Positions 48,723-63,483 are shown, numbered from the stretch's first letter. The stretch: 64,000 bases of DNA from Squalus acanthias (GCA_030390025.1 CM059425.1:176268001-176332000), one strand, 5' to 3'. The notes: generated by a model not told the origin, from the letters alone. Numbers and translations are program-made.

Positions 48723-51270
48723 ATATTTCAACTAAGCATTGAATAAACTTGCTTTGTCACTGGTGAGTTAGTTCATGACTGTTAAATAAGCTAAATATTT
48801 ATAGCTTCTTCAATAGCTTGGTAGATTTATCTAGTGAGTAGGTTAGATATAGAGACCAAGAAGAGTCCAGGTTCAATCCCTGATCCGTGAGGTTGGCTAA
48901 GTTCAGCTGGCATGTAGGTATGGGCACTATAATGTGGCGTCTTTGGTCCTGCATTATGGAGGGGAAAATTGTTATTGAGTGACCTCTGCTGGAAGTGAGT
49001 GGACATTGGGTGAGAACAACTTTGGCTGTCATGTTGTCACTAGTTGAATAGCCTGTTGACATTGACATTGCATTGGGCTCACACAAGACTAATGATCACT
49101 TAGACGAGGTAATGAAGGGTGCCCAACACCAGTGGAACTGTACCCCAGCAAGAAATGTACACCTTCAGGAGAATAGAAGAGAAAATTGTCAAGAGAGATT
49201 AATGCAATTAATGGAATTTCAGGGGTATAATATTCAGAAAGCGCACAGCACGGCAGCTATTTACTCTGTCACTTGCACTTGGTGCATTTTCCTTTTACTT
49301 TACAAATGTTTGTATCTCTGCATAATTTTATTATCTGCTCTAATTCTTCATTTAATGTGTCTTAATTTGTTTATAATATTTTTATTAATCATTACTTATT
49401 ATTAATCAGTTAATGGAATGTTGCACAGTGCTATCATGCTAGCTCAATATACCAGATTTAACATGGCATTACTTAATACTAGAGGTGTTAATGTATTTAA
49501 AACAAACAAGTTAATGCTTCTGTTAAAATCATACACAAATATCAAACAATAAATTCCAACCATCTGTGATATTTGCTTGTCCATCCACCCAAGGGTCGGT
49601 GTTGTCTTGATAATTATTGCTGTGTCTGCTCCAGGGGAAATGATTATTGCAGAACACCAAGCTTTTCAGCAATTGTTATTCTAGACTCATTAAGTAGAAT
49701 GTTTCCTAGGGTTATTGATACACTGCAGAGATCTTAATGGGTTTAAAAGGCAAAATAAGCATAGAGATCACTTCAAAGGGTGCTTTCCTCTTTTACTTTT
49801 CAAAGCAAATGTACAGTCTACTCTTAATTCAAAGTTGCTTAATTCAAATTATCTGATTCATTTTTAGCACAACAATCCCACTTTGCATTATTTACATTAC
49901 TTTTTTCAAATCATTGAATAATTCAAATTTTTGGTGTAAAAACAAACTCGTATTATCTGGAGTAGACTGTATTTAGAGCGCTGTTCTGTGAAACTCGGTA
50001 TATGTCTATATTGTGCTGAAAAGACTACAGCAGACCTGCTGTGTCTGACCTTGTGTCTGCTCTTGGTAGCCTGGGTTTCAGTGGGATAAACCTTACTATG
50101 TTTCATCAGATATTAACCACAGATTGAATAATATTCTGACAACCTTCAGTGAGCCTCTAAAGAAATTGCTTTCACTGACATCAATGATGCCATGTGGCCG
50201 AGCTGCAAGGGGATTTCTCTAGCTTGCATCATCGACCAGGTCTAATTTTATTTTTCTCAGAACATGATGGATGAATACAGGGCTCCATAGAGTAGTCCCA
50301 CAAACACAAGTTTATAAATTTCAGCAGTCCACACCACTGGATTCATCTCGCGCTCATTCTATGTGGGCGTTGTGAGTGTTACAGACAGAGCTTGCCCAAA
50401 AATGTGAAATTCAGCATGAGGCCTAACTAACAAAAATTGCCATATTACACTGAGGCTGGCACCGGCCAACAGGGCAGCTTCTCTTTTCCAGCCATTTTTC
50501 TTCACCGCAAAATACAGCCCACTGTGAATTGGTCTACAAGACTTATTTCACAAAGTTCATTCAGTTCCAGCAAGGCTCAGTTGGAGATCTGGAGCCTTGC
50601 AAAATCAGAATTTGTGTATAGAGTTGGCCTTCTTCTTTACTGGATAATTGCTGAACTTTAACGTTGATAAGTACATTTTATGTTTGGTAAACCTTAAAGC
50701 TAGCAACAAAAACAAATCCAGTTTACATGGGAACATAGGGGCGTATTGGATTGGAAAAGATTGAGCAGTTCATCCGGCTGGTCCTATAAACAAATACCTC
50801 TCAATTGTCCACCCTCTCAAATATCTTCCAACTCTCAATTATTTTTTTCCGTGTTACCTGCTTCCACTGCCTCTTGGGGCAGTCTGTTCCACACATTCAC
50901 CACCCTCCGTGTAATATAGTTAAATTTAAACTGTGCATCTTCCCTCCTCTAAACTTCAGTCCATGTCCGCTGATCCAAGAGTTTGTCACAATCTTGGACT
51001 ATTTGTTGGGATTCAGTTTACCTGTTCCCTTAAGCTTACTGTAATATTTCCTCTGAATCTATGTCTGAGTCTGCTGGAGTGACAGATATGAAACTGGGCC
51101 TCTCACACCTTGCGCCATATGCTTGGGAACTGGTTCAGGCTGTAGCTTATCTAGAATGTACAACTGCAGCCAGCTCAGCCCACCAACATTCGAACATACA
51201 ACTTTCACCAAGTGGCAGGGGCACTGCTCCATTTTTCGTTGAAAAATAACATGATATTTTTTACTTGGCA

Positions 51271-51321
51271 TGTTGTTGGCAGTAGTGTTGTTGGCAGTAG
51301 TGTTGTTGACAGTAGTGTTGT
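51271..51321. repeat. 15-bp tandem repeat (tgttgttggcagtag) x ~3.4
   Basis: Direct inspection. Confidence 0.9.
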
Positions 51322-51545
51322 AGAAGCAGCGATTCTACCACCTGCAGTACCAAATAAGTGCGTGAAGATCTTTTAAATTAAATATAGTCAGAAAATTCAG
51401 TTTACAGCAGTACTCAGTGCAATTATTCGGACTGTTGTTAACTATAATCATTGATTCTTAATCAACAAATCTAGTATGATGCCACAAGAATGGCCCTTAT
51501 TGCACTGATCTCAGGAAATGTATTGCTGATTGTCTTTACTGTCAC

Positions 51546-53450
51546 ATAGAAACATAGAAAATAGGAGCAGGAGTAGGCCATTCGGCCCCTCGAGCCTGTT
51601 CTGCCATTCAATGAGATCATGGCTGATCATCCAAACTCAGTACCCTGTACCTGCCTTCTCCCCATATCCCTTGATACCTTTAGCTTTAAGAAATATATCT
51701 AACTCATTCTTGAATATATTTAACGACTTGGCCTCAACTACCTTCTGTGGTAGAGAATTCCACAGGTTCACCACTCTCTGGGTGAAGAAATTCTTCCTCA
51801 TTTCTGTCCTAAATGGCTTACCCCTTATCCTTAGATTATGACCCCTGGTTCTGGACTCTCCGACCATCGGGAACATTCTTCCTGCATCTAGTTTGTCCAG
51901 ACCTGTCAGAATTTTATATGTTTCGATGAGATCCCCTCTCATTCTTCTATACTCCAGCGAGTATAAGCCCAATCGACCCAATCTCTCCTCATATGTCATT
52001 CCTGCCATCCCAGGTATCAGCCTTGTGAATCTTCGCTGAACTCCTTCCATGGCAAGAACATCCTTCCTCAGATAAGGCGACCAAAACTGCACACAGTACT
52101 CAAGGTGTGGTCTCACCAAGGCCCTGTACAACTGCAGCAGGACATCCCTGTTCCTATACTCAAACCCTTTCACTATGAAGGCCAACATACCATTTGCCTT
52201 CTTCACCGCCTGCTGCACCTGCATGCTTACCTTCTGCGACTGGTGCACAAGGACACCCAGGTCTCGTTGCACTTCCCCTTCTCCCAATCTATTGCCATTC
52301 AGATAATAGTCTGCCTTTCTGTTTTTGACACCAAAGTGGATAACCTCGCATTTATCCACGTTATATTGCATCTGCCACGCTTCTGCCCACTCACCCAACC
52401 TGTCCAAATCATCCTGGAGTTTCTCGGTATGCTCCTCGCAGCACACACTCCCACCCAGCTTTGTGTCATCTGCAAACTTGGAGATATTACATTTAGTTCC
52501 CTTATCTAGATCATTAATGTACATTGTGAATAGCTGGGGTCCAAGGACCGATCCATGCGGTACCCCACTAGTCACTGCCTGCCACTCGGAAAAAGACCCA
52601 TTTATTCCTACTCTCTGCTTTCTGTCCGCCAACCAGTTCTCTATCTACGTCAATACCTTGCCCCCAATCCCATGTGCCTTAACTTTACACGCTAATCTCT
52701 TATGCGGGACCTTATCGAAAGCCTTTTGAAAGTCCAAATACACCACATCTACTGGTTCTCCCTTATCTATTTTCCCAGTTACATCCTCAAAAAATTCCAG
52801 TAGATTAGTCAAGCACGATTTACCTTTTGTAAATCCATGTTGACTTTGTCCGATCCTGTCACTGTTTTTCAAGTGCTCAGCTATTACATCCTTTATAATG
52901 GACTCTAGCATTTTTCCCACTACCGATGTCTGTAATTCCCCGCTTTCTCTCTACCACCCTTTTTGAATAGTGGGGTAACATTAGCTACCCTGCAATCCAT
53001 GGGTACAGTTCCAGATTCCATCGAATGTTGGAAGATGATCAGCAATGCATCTATTATTTCTAGGGCCACTTCCTTAAGTACCCTAGGATGTAGATTATCA
53101 GGCCCTGGGGATTTATCGGCCTTCAATCCCATCAATTTCCCTAACACCATTTCCCTGCAAATACTGATTTCTTTCAGTTCCTCCGTTTCATCAGACCCTA
53201 TGTTCCCCAACATCTCTGGGAGGTTATTTGTGTCCTCCTTTGTGAAGACAGAACCAAAATATGCATTTAATTGGTCTGCCATTTCTTTGTTCCCCATTAT
53301 AACTTCCACCGCTTCTGACTGCAAGGGACCTACACTTGATTTCACTAATCTTTTTCTCTTCACATATCTATAAAAGCTCTTACAGTCAGTTTTTATGTTC
53401 CCTGCAAGCTTACTTTCATATTCTATTTTCCCCTTCTTAATTAATCCCTT
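51546..53450 (-). mobile_element. 5'-truncated CR1 LINE, relatively young
   Basis: ORFs 52920-53363, 52645-52920 and 51637-52632 give a nearly continuous RT (PHGSVLGP, KFADDTK) to the C-terminus; tail (tttctatg)n. Confidence 0.96.
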
Positions 53451-54129
53451 TGTTGCTGTTTAAACTCATTCATGGATAGGCTATAATCACACCTTTGAAT
53501 GGTTTTGCTCTCTTCTGCATTAAATACTGCCTTTCCTGTCAAGTCAAGGTGCATTTACACTACAATTGTACAATGTGAATGCAGCCTGAATCCAGTGTCA
53601 ACGCCTGGCCTAGGGGAGTGAGTCTCATTCTGCTTCATTTTAGTCAGTTTGAGCCTTCATACAAGATTTACACTTCATATTTAGCATTGATGCAAAGTGG
53701 GTTTGACAATGTATCGATGATAAACATGTGAATGTACCATTAGTTACTTTATATTGTTTCAATTATTCCTCTAGTCTTAATACCTTCTAGTCAGCTTCCC
53801 CTGAAGGTTGAAAGTTGACAGGTTTAGAATGTATCTGTACCAGCATCTCCGTATCCAGCCATGATACATTCTCGCCAAACAATCACTGTTCACTTAACAA
53901 GAATGGTTTCACAATAAAAAAGATGTCTTTATTAATTGATATATATAAAGTATCATCTGCTATATAAATCACTGATTTTGCTGTAAATTTTCCATTTCAA
54001 AATGAATTGAAAAGTACTATGTCATACTGCAGGTGATTTACCTGCCTCTACCAAGTGGTACTGGGACTAAAATAGTGGGTATAGTTGAAGCACTGACTTA
54101 CCACTGAGAACCCGACAATTTAAATATTT

Positions 54130-54670
54130 GGGTAAACTTTGATCTGGGTAGCCGGAGCTCCTGCTAGAAACAGGTGGTAGCCTCATGAATATATGTTAAT
54201 TGGGGTCAAATGATGTGGTTACGATGCCACAATGCCATTTTTGTCTCTCCCCACTGGATTACTCTCAGTTTCTGCTCCCGCCCACCAAATCTGGGTGATA
54301 GAAGTCAGGAAGTGTCCATTTGAGTGTACTTAAAGGGAAAGCTGGAAACAGGATTTGCACTCATTTTTACTGAAGCCTCTTTTGTGATTTGAGTGGGGTT
54401 CTCAGAGGTCGGGAAGCCTTCACCTGTGAAGGTAAAATGGCACTAATCCTTTTTTCTGCCTGTTAACTACCTGTTAACAGACAGTTACAAGGATTAAATG
54501 TCTTTCCCGCCTCAGGGAGACGGGACCCGAAGCTGCACATCTTCCCGCCTCCTGGCAAAAGGGCACGGAGGCGGGATGGGGGCGGCTTTGTCATCCACCC
54601 CCACTTTCTCCAAGTTTACCGGCTGTCCCGCCTCCATGCCCGCCTCCTCGGGGCTTGGAAAATCCAGCCC
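54130..54670. mobile_element. Harbinger MITE (5119-5913-like right end)
   Basis: Right end ggaaaatccagccc; subterminal cccgcctcc repeats; left end uncertain. Confidence 0.6.
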
Positions 54671-54959
54671 ATTCACTCCCAACACTTCCACCCCTTCCCT
54701 TTAAGGTGTTGTTGTAGGCACTTTAAAATCTGCCACCCCAGATTTCCTGCCCCCAGAGAGCTAGTTTTGCATTGGCAGCTTGACGAATTAATGTAAATTT
54801 GAATTGAAAATCGCCTCCACCCTCAATAAAAGTACAGCATTTACCTGCGGTACCTGTGACACCTGTAGGTGGTGCTGTGACTGACATTTATAATGGTAAA
54901 AGTCTTGGCGGGGGGAGTGGGGGAGGAATTTGTGGCCGCCACGAGAGTTGCCAGTGTCA

Positions 54960-56098
54960 CCGGGAGAGTAAAGAAGAGGAAGAAACACCGTTACTTGATT
55001 GGACACTCCCAGCCACCAGCTCCTCAAGGTCAACCAGCAGAGCCATTTGCAGTGTCCCCACTGAAAGTCAGCAGCCTTCCACCAGCCATGCTGCAGCCAC
55101 TGGGGTAGCACTGCATGACATCAATAGGATAGGCAAACACACACAAGACAGTCACTAAGACAATTCATAAGGGTGATGAGTTGATTTCTTGATGTCATAT
55201 TGGATGGATAGATGTATAAAGTTGGATTGGAAAGTTTGCTTTGTGGTGGTTTTTATTTCAGCATTGTGGCCAAGAGGACGCTGTAATGGTCAGCAACAGA
55301 GTGACGGTAAGGTGTGAGACTAATGTTGAAAAGGGAATTGGGGTTGTGGTCACTGGGACCGCAGGCGGATGATTCCATCCCGGATATCCCGGCCAGAAAT
55401 GGGCTGTCTGGGATGCATCCTTCCTTCTGCTTCCTCCTCTTTGGCTTCCTCCTCTTTGGCTTCTTCCTTTTCTGTGTCTTCCTCTTCCCTCTGCAAGAGG
55501 ATGCTGTAAATCAGAGATTACAGCATAAAATGCTGGAAATACTCAGCAAGTCAGGCAGCATCTTGACCTGAGACGTGAACTCTGTTTCTCTCTCCACGGA
55601 CATTGCCTGACCGGCTGAGTATTTGCCGCATTTCTGTCTTCTCAGAGGCCTCCCTTTACCATCCAAGGCCTTGCAAGCATCCAGCAGCACTTCCTATACA
55701 TTTAAAAAAAACTTTTAATATCTATTACAGCCAGCCACCGCTTCAGTAAAATCAAAAAAACCCAGTCCAAAAGCTTAAATGCAAACTTACCTGAAAGATG
55801 TGTGAGTCCCTTTAAGACGTGCTGACAGCACCTCTGTGAGTCTGCTTGCATGCTGGGTTTACATGGTGAGCTTAGGACCCAGCGCTGAACTCAGCACTAG
55901 GGTCGAAGTTCGTTGTGGTGTCGTTAAGTCACCATTGCATGCCGACTGACGTCACCTTTCCCTCATTTAAATCTGCAGGGCGAGGGATCTTACTGGCAGC
56001 GCTGCCGGGCCTAGGATAATGGAGGATGCCGTGGAACCCGCCAGCAGCGTGACTTTATGCTGGTAACAGGTGGTGTAAAGCCCCTGAATTTTTAGCCC
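54960..56098 (+). mobile_element. Harbinger family B, 3' half
   Basis: Collinear with 21110-22080; right end aatttttagccc. Confidence 0.82.
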
Positions 56099-56579
56099 TT
56101 AATGTTAACCCAAACCCCAACACTGTAACTCATAACCTGCTCTTAAAGTCAGCACCTATGTTAACATGCACCTCTATAACAATTCCACTTTGTGGCAATG
56201 TACAATACAGGCGAATATAAAAAGATCTGTTAGATGGCTTCTGTAATCTAGCTTGGTTATGCCTTAATGCCATTAGGATCCTGGTTCCACCTACCTATCT
56301 GCCTAAAGTGGGCTCATGAAGCCCTTCCCTCCCTTAAAGAAATTGCAGTCCTTTCAAGAATTGCCAATAAGTTTTAATACCATGTCCAGATTACCGTGTC
56401 TGTTGATGGCCCACTGCATTTCCGGGTTTTCTGGACGATTAGATACAAACTCACCCGAGGTTGCATGACGTATTACTAATTGCACTGAGGTCAATGGAAG
56501 TAAAAGGGAAACTTCCAGTGGCTGAAGTCATACCTGGCACACAGGAAGATGGTTGTTGTTGGAGCCCAATTATGGCAGC

Positions 56580-56768
56580 CACTGCCTCTCCACCTCCCTC
56601 ACCCTTTAAGGTACTCCTTAAAATACACGTCTTTAACCAAGCTTTTGGTCACCCCCTTAATAGCTCCTTCTTTGGCTTGGCATCCAATTTTTCTGATTAC
56701 GCCTCCGTAAAATGCCTTGGAACGTTTTTTCTAAATTAAAGGTGCTATTAAAAGCAAATTGTTGTTGA
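56580..56768 (+). mobile_element. LINE 3' tail (L2-like)
   Basis: Homologous to 2350-2700. Confidence 0.55.
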
Positions 56769-57460
56769 TATCGGTATGCAAGTGATGAGTTGTTCAAGAT
56801 ACTTAGCATTACTACTGAAGAGGAGAAGTGGAACCATTGCTGATGGTAAACACTGAGGTTGGTTGAATAATGATTTCAGCACATAGATTTTTTGCTTGAC
56901 AAAATGTTGAAAATTTCTACAAAATTATCAAGGTTAGGAGAGCAATAGAGACAGTAGAGTAATTTAGAGAGATGACAGAAAGTTATTTTTAGCTATTGAA
57001 GAGGGGAATCAGGTGACGTAAGTGAGCCAAGGTGAGCAGCTGGGATGACTGAACAAATATAGGTACATGCACCTACGCTGGATTGGAAATTAGAGTGCAA
57101 AGTGTGATAATGAAATTGGAAGAGAAAGTGGCAGAAAGAGGTGAAACTTAGGTTTCAGTGAGAAAGAAAAAATGAGACTGAGATACTTGGAGATGGAAAT
57201 TAACAGAATTGAGATTCAGAGATGCCAGGGATGTTGTAGAAGGCCAGATTAAAATGAGAAGAGGAAGCAGCAGATGTGCCAGGTATAGTTTTGAGTATCT
57301 CTGAGAGTTAAGGTTGAGTGTCTTTTCAGTTGGACTTGCATTATTCATGATGATAGAAAGAAGAAAAAACACAAGGGATATCAAAATCAACACAAAAAAC
57401 TTTTACAATTATATTAGGAAAAAGAGCAATGTGGGCCCCTTAAAAACTGACGATGATATA

Positions 57461-59489
57461 AAAGAAATTAAAGCTAGTATTAAGTCAAAGGAGGAAGCTT
57501 ATAAAGTTGCCAGAAAAAGCAGTCAGCCTGAGGATTGGGATCTTTTTAGAAATCAGCAAAGGGGGACCAAGAAATTGATAAAGAACGGGAAAATGGAATA
57601 TGAGCACAAACTAGCGAAAAATATAAAAACAGATTGTAAAAGCTTCTATAGGTATGTGAAAAGGAAAAGACTGGTGAAGGTAAATGTAGGTCCTTTACAG
57701 TCAGAGACGGGAGAATTTATAATGGGGAATGAGGAAATGGCAGAGAAATTAAATAAATACTTTGTTTCTGTCTTCACGGAGGAAGACACAAAAAAACTCC
57801 AGAAATACGAGAAAACCAAGGGTGTGGCGAGAATGAGGAACTTAAAGAAATCATTATTAGTAAAAAAACAGTACTAGCAAAATTAATGGGACTAAAAGTC
57901 GATAAATCTCAAGGACTGGATGACCTACATCCTAGGGTTTTGAAAGAGGTGGCCATTGGGATAGTGGACGCATTGGTTGTCATCTTCCAAATTCTATAGA
58001 TTCTGGAACGGTTCCTGCAGATTGGAGGATAGCAAATGTAAACCCGCTATTTAGGAAAGGAGGGAGAGAGAAAACGGGGAGCTACAGACCTGTTAGCCTC
58101 ACATCAGTAGTTGGGAAAATGCTGGAATCTATTATAAAGGATGCAATAACTGGGCACTTAGAAACTAATAGTAAGATTGGGCAGAGTCAACATGGATTTA
58201 TGAAAGGGAACTCCTGTTTGACAAACCTATTGGAGTTCTTTGAGGATGTAACTAGTGGAGTAGACAAAGGGAAACCGGTAGATGTGGTGTATTTGGATTT
58301 TCAGAAGGCCTTCGATAAGGTCCCACACAAGAGGTTGGTGAACAAAATTAGGGCACATGGAATTGGAGATAATATACTAGCATGGATTGAGAATTGGTTA
58401 ACAGACAGAAAACAAAGAGTAGGGATAAACAGGTCTTTTTCAGGATGGCAGGCTGTGACTAGTGGGGTACCACAAGGATCGGTGCTTGGGCCCCAGCTAT
58501 TCACAATCTATAGCAATGATTTGGATGAGGGGACTAAATATAACATTTCCAAATTTGCCGATGACACAAAGCTAGGTGGCAGTGTCAGTTGCGAAGAGGA
58601 TGTGAAAAGGCTTCAAGGGGATCTTGACAGGCTCAGTGAGTGGGCGAGAACATGGCAGATGGATTATAATGTGGATAAATGTGAAGTTATTCACTTTGGT
58701 AGAAAAAACAGAAAGGCAAAATATTTCCTAAATGGTGAAAGATTGGGGAATGCAGATGCTCAAAGGGACCTGGGTGTCCTTGTACATGAGTCACTGAAAG
58801 TGAATGTGCAGGTGCAGCAAGCCATTAGGAAGGCAAATGGTATGCTGGCCTTCATTACAAGAGGATTTGAGTACAGGAGTAAAGAAGTCTTACTCCAATT
58901 ATATAGGGCCTTGCTGAGACCACACCTGGAGTACTGTGTACAATTTTGGTCTCCTTACCTAAGGAAGGATATACTTGCCATAGAGGTAGTGCAACGAAGG
59001 TTCACGAGATTGATTCCTGGATGGCGGGACTGTCGTATGAGAAGAGATTGAGTAAACTAGGCCTGTATTCTCTTGAATTCAGAAGAATGAGAGGGGATCT
59101 CGTTGAAGCTTACAAAATTATTACAGGGCTTGATAGGGTGGATGCTGGGATAATGTTTCCCTTGGCTGGGGAGTCTAGAACCAGGGACCACAGCCTCAGG
59201 ATAAAGGGTAGGCCATTCAGGACTGAGATGAGAAGAATTTTCTTCACACAGAGGGTGGTGAATCTTTGGAATTCTCTACCCCAGAGGGCTGTGGAGGCTC
59301 AGTCATTGGGTATATTCAAAACAGAAGTCGATAGATTTCTGACTAGTAAGGTCATCAAGGGATATGGCGATAAGGCCGGTGAATGGAATTGAGGCAGAAG
59401 ATCAGCCATGATCTCATTGAATGGCGGAGCAGGCTCGAAGGGCCGAATGGCCTACTCCTGCTCCTATTTCGTATGTTCTTATGTTCTTA
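57461..59489 (+). mobile_element. Younger 5'-truncated CR1 LINE nested in CR1
   Basis: ORFs 58119-59051 and 58946-59392 (RT, FADD); 3' tail (ttcttatg)n at 59470-59489. Confidence 0.95.
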
Positions 59490-61100
59490 TATGAAAATAA
59501 GAAATGCTGGCAATGTTAAATAATTACTTTGTGTCAGTATTTACAGTAGAGGAAGAGGATAGCATGCGGTCATCCCAAGCAAACTAATGTTGAATCAGGG
59601 ATGGGGACTCACCAAAATTAGTGTAAGCAAAATGACAGTAATTAAGAAAATAATGGCACTAAAGAGTGACAAATCCCCAGGACCAGGTGGTTTTCATCCC
59701 AGGGTTTTAAAGGAAGTAGGTAAGAACATTGCAGATGCCCTAACTATGATCTTCCAAAGTTCTCTTGATTCAAGAACTGTTCCTTTAGATTGGAAAATTG
59801 CACCTGTCACTCTGATATTTAAGAAAGGTGAGAGAGGGAAACCAGGGAATTACAGACCTGTTAGCCTAACATCTGTTGTCGGGAAGTTACTAGAGTCTAT
59901 AATTAAGGATGGAGTGACTGAACACCTTGAAAATTTTCAGCTGATCAGAGAGCAAGCATGGATTTATGAAGGGTAGGTCATGCCTGATGAACCTGATTGA
60001 ATTTTTTGAAGAGGTGACTAAAGTAGTGGACAGAGAAATGTCTATGGATGTTATTTATATGGACTTCCAGAAGGCATTCGATGAAGTCCCTCATAAGAGA
60101 CTGTTAGCTGAAGTTGAAGCTCATGGAATTGAGGCAAATTATTGACCTGGTTAGAAGATTGGCTGAGCGGCAGGAGACAGAGAGTAGGGATAATGGGCAG
60201 GCACTCTAATTGGCAGGAGGTGCCTAGTGGCATCCCACAGGGATCTGTGTTGGGGCCTCAACTATTCACTGTATTTATTAACGACTTTGATGTGATAGAG
60301 AGCCACATATCCACGTTTGCCGATCACACAAAGTTTGGCGGCATTGTAAGCAGTGTAGATGGAAGCATAAAATTACAAAGAGATATTAATAGATTAAGTG
60401 AATGGGCGAAACTACGGCAAATAGATTTCAATATAGGTAAGTGTGAGGTCATCCACTTTGGACCTAAAAAGGATAGAACAGGGTACTTTCTAAATGGTGA
60501 AAAGCTAGAGGCAGTGGAGGTCCAAAGAGACTTGGGGGTCCATGTACATAGATCATTAAAATATCATGCACAGGTACAAAAAATATTCAAAAAGGCTCAT
60601 GGAATGTTGGCCTTTATATCTAGAGGATTAGAATACAAGGGGTTAGCAGTCATGCTGCAGCTATACAAAGCCCAGGTTAGACCGCACCTGGAGTACTGTG
60701 CTCAGTTCTGGGCACCACACCGTCGGAAGGAAATATTGGCCTTGGAGGGAGTGCAGCATTGAACTAGAATGATACAAGGGTTAAATTACGAGGAGAGATT
60801 ACACAAACTAGGGTTGTATTCCCTGGAATTTAGATGATTAAGGGGGGATTTGATTGAAGTTTTTAAGATATTAAGGGGAACTAATAGGGTTGATAGATGG
60901 AAACTACTTCCGCTGGTTGAGGAACCTAGGACTAGGGAACATAGTCTAAAGATTAGAGCCAGACCTTTCAAGAGTGAAGTTAGGAAACACTTCAACAGGC
61001 AGAGGGTGGTAGAAGTTTGGAACTCTCTTCTGCAAACAGCAGTTGATGCTGGATCAATTGTTAATTTTAAATCTGAGATTGATAGATTTCTGTTATCCAA

Positions 61101-63046
61101 TCTTCACTCTGAGGATACCCTCCACTGAGGACACCCTCCATCGTGTTGTGTGGCATTACCACCGTGCTAAATGGGATAGATTCAGAACAGATCTAGCAGC
61201 TCAAAACTGGGCATCCATGAGGCACTGTGGGCCATCAGCAGCAGCAGAATTATATCCACCACAATCTGTAACCTCATGGCCCGGCATATCCCTCACTCTT
61301 CCATTATCATCAAGCCAGCGGACCAACACTGGTTCCATGAGGAGTGTAGAAGAGCATGCCGGGAGCAGCACCAGGCGTACCTAAAAATGAGGTGCCAACC
61401 TGGGGAAGCTGCAACACAGGACTGCATATATGCTAAACAATGGAAGTAGCATGTTAGACAGAGCTAAGCGATCCCACAACTAACAGCCAAATCAAAGCTC
61501 TGCAGTCCTGCCACATCCAGTCATGAATGGTGGTGGACCATTAAACAACTGACAGGAGGAGGAGGCTCCATGAACATCCTCATCCTCAATGATGGTGGAG
61601 CCCAGCACGAGGGTGCAAAAGACAAGGTTGACGCGTTTGCAACCATCTTCAGCTGGAAGTGCCGAGTGGATGATCCATCTCGGCCTGCTCCTGAGGTTCC
61701 CACCATCACAGAAGCCAGTCTTCAGCCAATTCGATTCACTCCACGTGACATCAAGAAACAGCTGAGCGCACTGGATACAGCAAAGGCTATGGGCCCCGAA
61801 AATATCCTGGCTGTTCCAGTACAGCTACAACACCGGCATCTACCCGACAATGTGGAAAACTGCCCAGGTATGTCCAGTCCACAAAAGACAGGACAAATCC
61901 AATCCGGCCAATTACCGCCCCATCTGTCCACACTCAATCATCAGCAAAGTGATGGAAGGTGTCATCGACAGTGCTGTTAAGCGACACTTACTCACCAATA
62001 ACCTGCTCACCGATGCTCAGGTTGGGTTCCAGCAGGACCACTCGGCTCCAGACCTCATTACAGTCTTGGTCCAAATATGGACAAAAAGGGCTGAATTCCA
62101 GAGGTGAGATGAGAGTGACTGCCCTTGACATCAAGTCAGCATTTGACTGAGTGTGGCATCAAGGAGCCCTAGTAAAATTGAAGTCAATAGGAATTAGGGG
62201 AATCACTCCCCACTGGCTGGAATCATACCTAAATATAAAGGAAGATGGTTGTGGTGGTTGGAGGTCAATCAGCACAGCCCCAGGACATCACTGCAGGAGT
62301 ACCTCGGGGCAGTGTCCTAGGCCCAACCATCTTCAGCTGCTTCATCAATGACCTTCCCTCCATGATAAGGTCAGAAGTGGGGAGGTTCGCTGATGATTGC
62401 ACAGTTCCTTTCACAACTCCTTAGATAATGAAGCAGTCCATGCCCGCAGGCTGGATATTCTGCGGCAAGTGTCTCACCTCCTGACTCCCCAAAGCCTTTC
62501 CACCATCTACAAGGCATAAGTCATGAGTGTGATGGAATACTCTCCACTTGCCTGGATGATTGCAGCTCCAACAACACTCAAGAAGCTCGACACCATACAG
62601 GACAAAACAGCCCGCTTGATTAGCACCCCATCCACCACCGTAAAAATTCACTCCCTCCACCACAAGCGTACCGTGGCTGCAGTGTGTACCATCTACAAGA
62701 TGCACTGCAGTAAATCGCCAAGGCTTCTTCTACAGCCCCTCTCAAACCCACGACCTCTTCCACCTAGAAGGACAAGGGCAGCAGGCGCATGGGAACACCA
62801 TCACCTTCAAGTTCCCCTCCAAGTCACACACTATCCTGACTTGGAAATATATCGCCGTTCCTTCATCGTCGCTGGGTCAAAATCCTGGAACTCCCTCCCT
62901 AACAGCACTGTGGGAGTACCATTACTACACAGACTGCAGCAGTTCAAGAAGGCAGCTCACAACCACCTTCTCAAGGGCAATTAGGGATGGGCAATAAATG
63001 CTGGTCTTGCCAGTGATGCCCACATCCCCAGAACGAATTTTTAAAA
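61101..63046 (+). mobile_element. Distinct CR1-group LINE family, 5'-truncated and internally deleted
   Basis: WKTAQVCPVHK..NPANYRPI, ALDIKSAFD, GSVLGP, FADD; TSD atccaa (61095-61100 / 63047-63052). Confidence 0.9.
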
Positions 63047-63104
63047 ATCCAAAGGTATTAAGGATATGGGGCAAAGGCGTGTATAGGGAGTTAGGTCACA
63101 GATC

Positions 63105-63483
63105 TCTCTCACATGGCAGCTGTTGATGATTCTGCCATTGCCATTTACACTTCATCTAGAGCCATCTTTTGTTTCTTAACTTGTCCCATTACCATCTCCT
63201 TTTGCCTTGCACCATCATCCATTTTGTCTCTTAATCTCTCCTGCCTTCCATCCTATCACAGACCTTCCCTTTTGTTCTTTCCTCCCCTCCCCACTTTCCC
63301 TGCCCCTGCACTTGCTTAAAAACCTGTTCCATCTCCTGCTTTTTCCAGTTCTGATGAAGGGTCATTGACCTGAAACGTTAATTCTGTTTCTCTCTCCACA
63401 GAGGCTGCCTGACCTGCTGAGTATTTCCAGCATTTTCTGTTTTTATTTCAGATTTCCAGCATCTGCAGTATTTTGCTTTTGTG
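63105..63483 (+). mobile_element. Penelope-like element terminal repeat (solo pLTR) with hammerhead motif at 63347-63383
   Basis: Reverse-complement match to 9420-9795; agtt CTGATGA agggtcattgacct GAAA CG TT aatt. Confidence 0.85.

Larger units (their letters stand above)
57350..63105 (+). mobile_element. Older CR1 LINE in three pieces (57350-57460, 59490-61100, 63047-63105), host of two nested LINEs
   Basis: IKINTKNFYNYIRKKSNVGPLK continues after 59490 with MLNNYFVSVFT..LKSDKSPGP..RT..C-terminus. Confidence 0.88.

Noticed and set aside
48810..49170. Another old tRNA-SINE (ggttcaatcc B-box-like motif at ~48870)
   Set aside because: Only one motif and no second copy in the window to confirm it.
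51271..51321. CRISPR-like repeat array
   Set aside because: The units are contiguous without spacers in eukaryotic DNA; a simple minisatellite.
52105..53373. Long plus-strand ORFs (134-136 aa)
   Set aside because: Antisense shadows of the CR1 reverse transcriptase frame.
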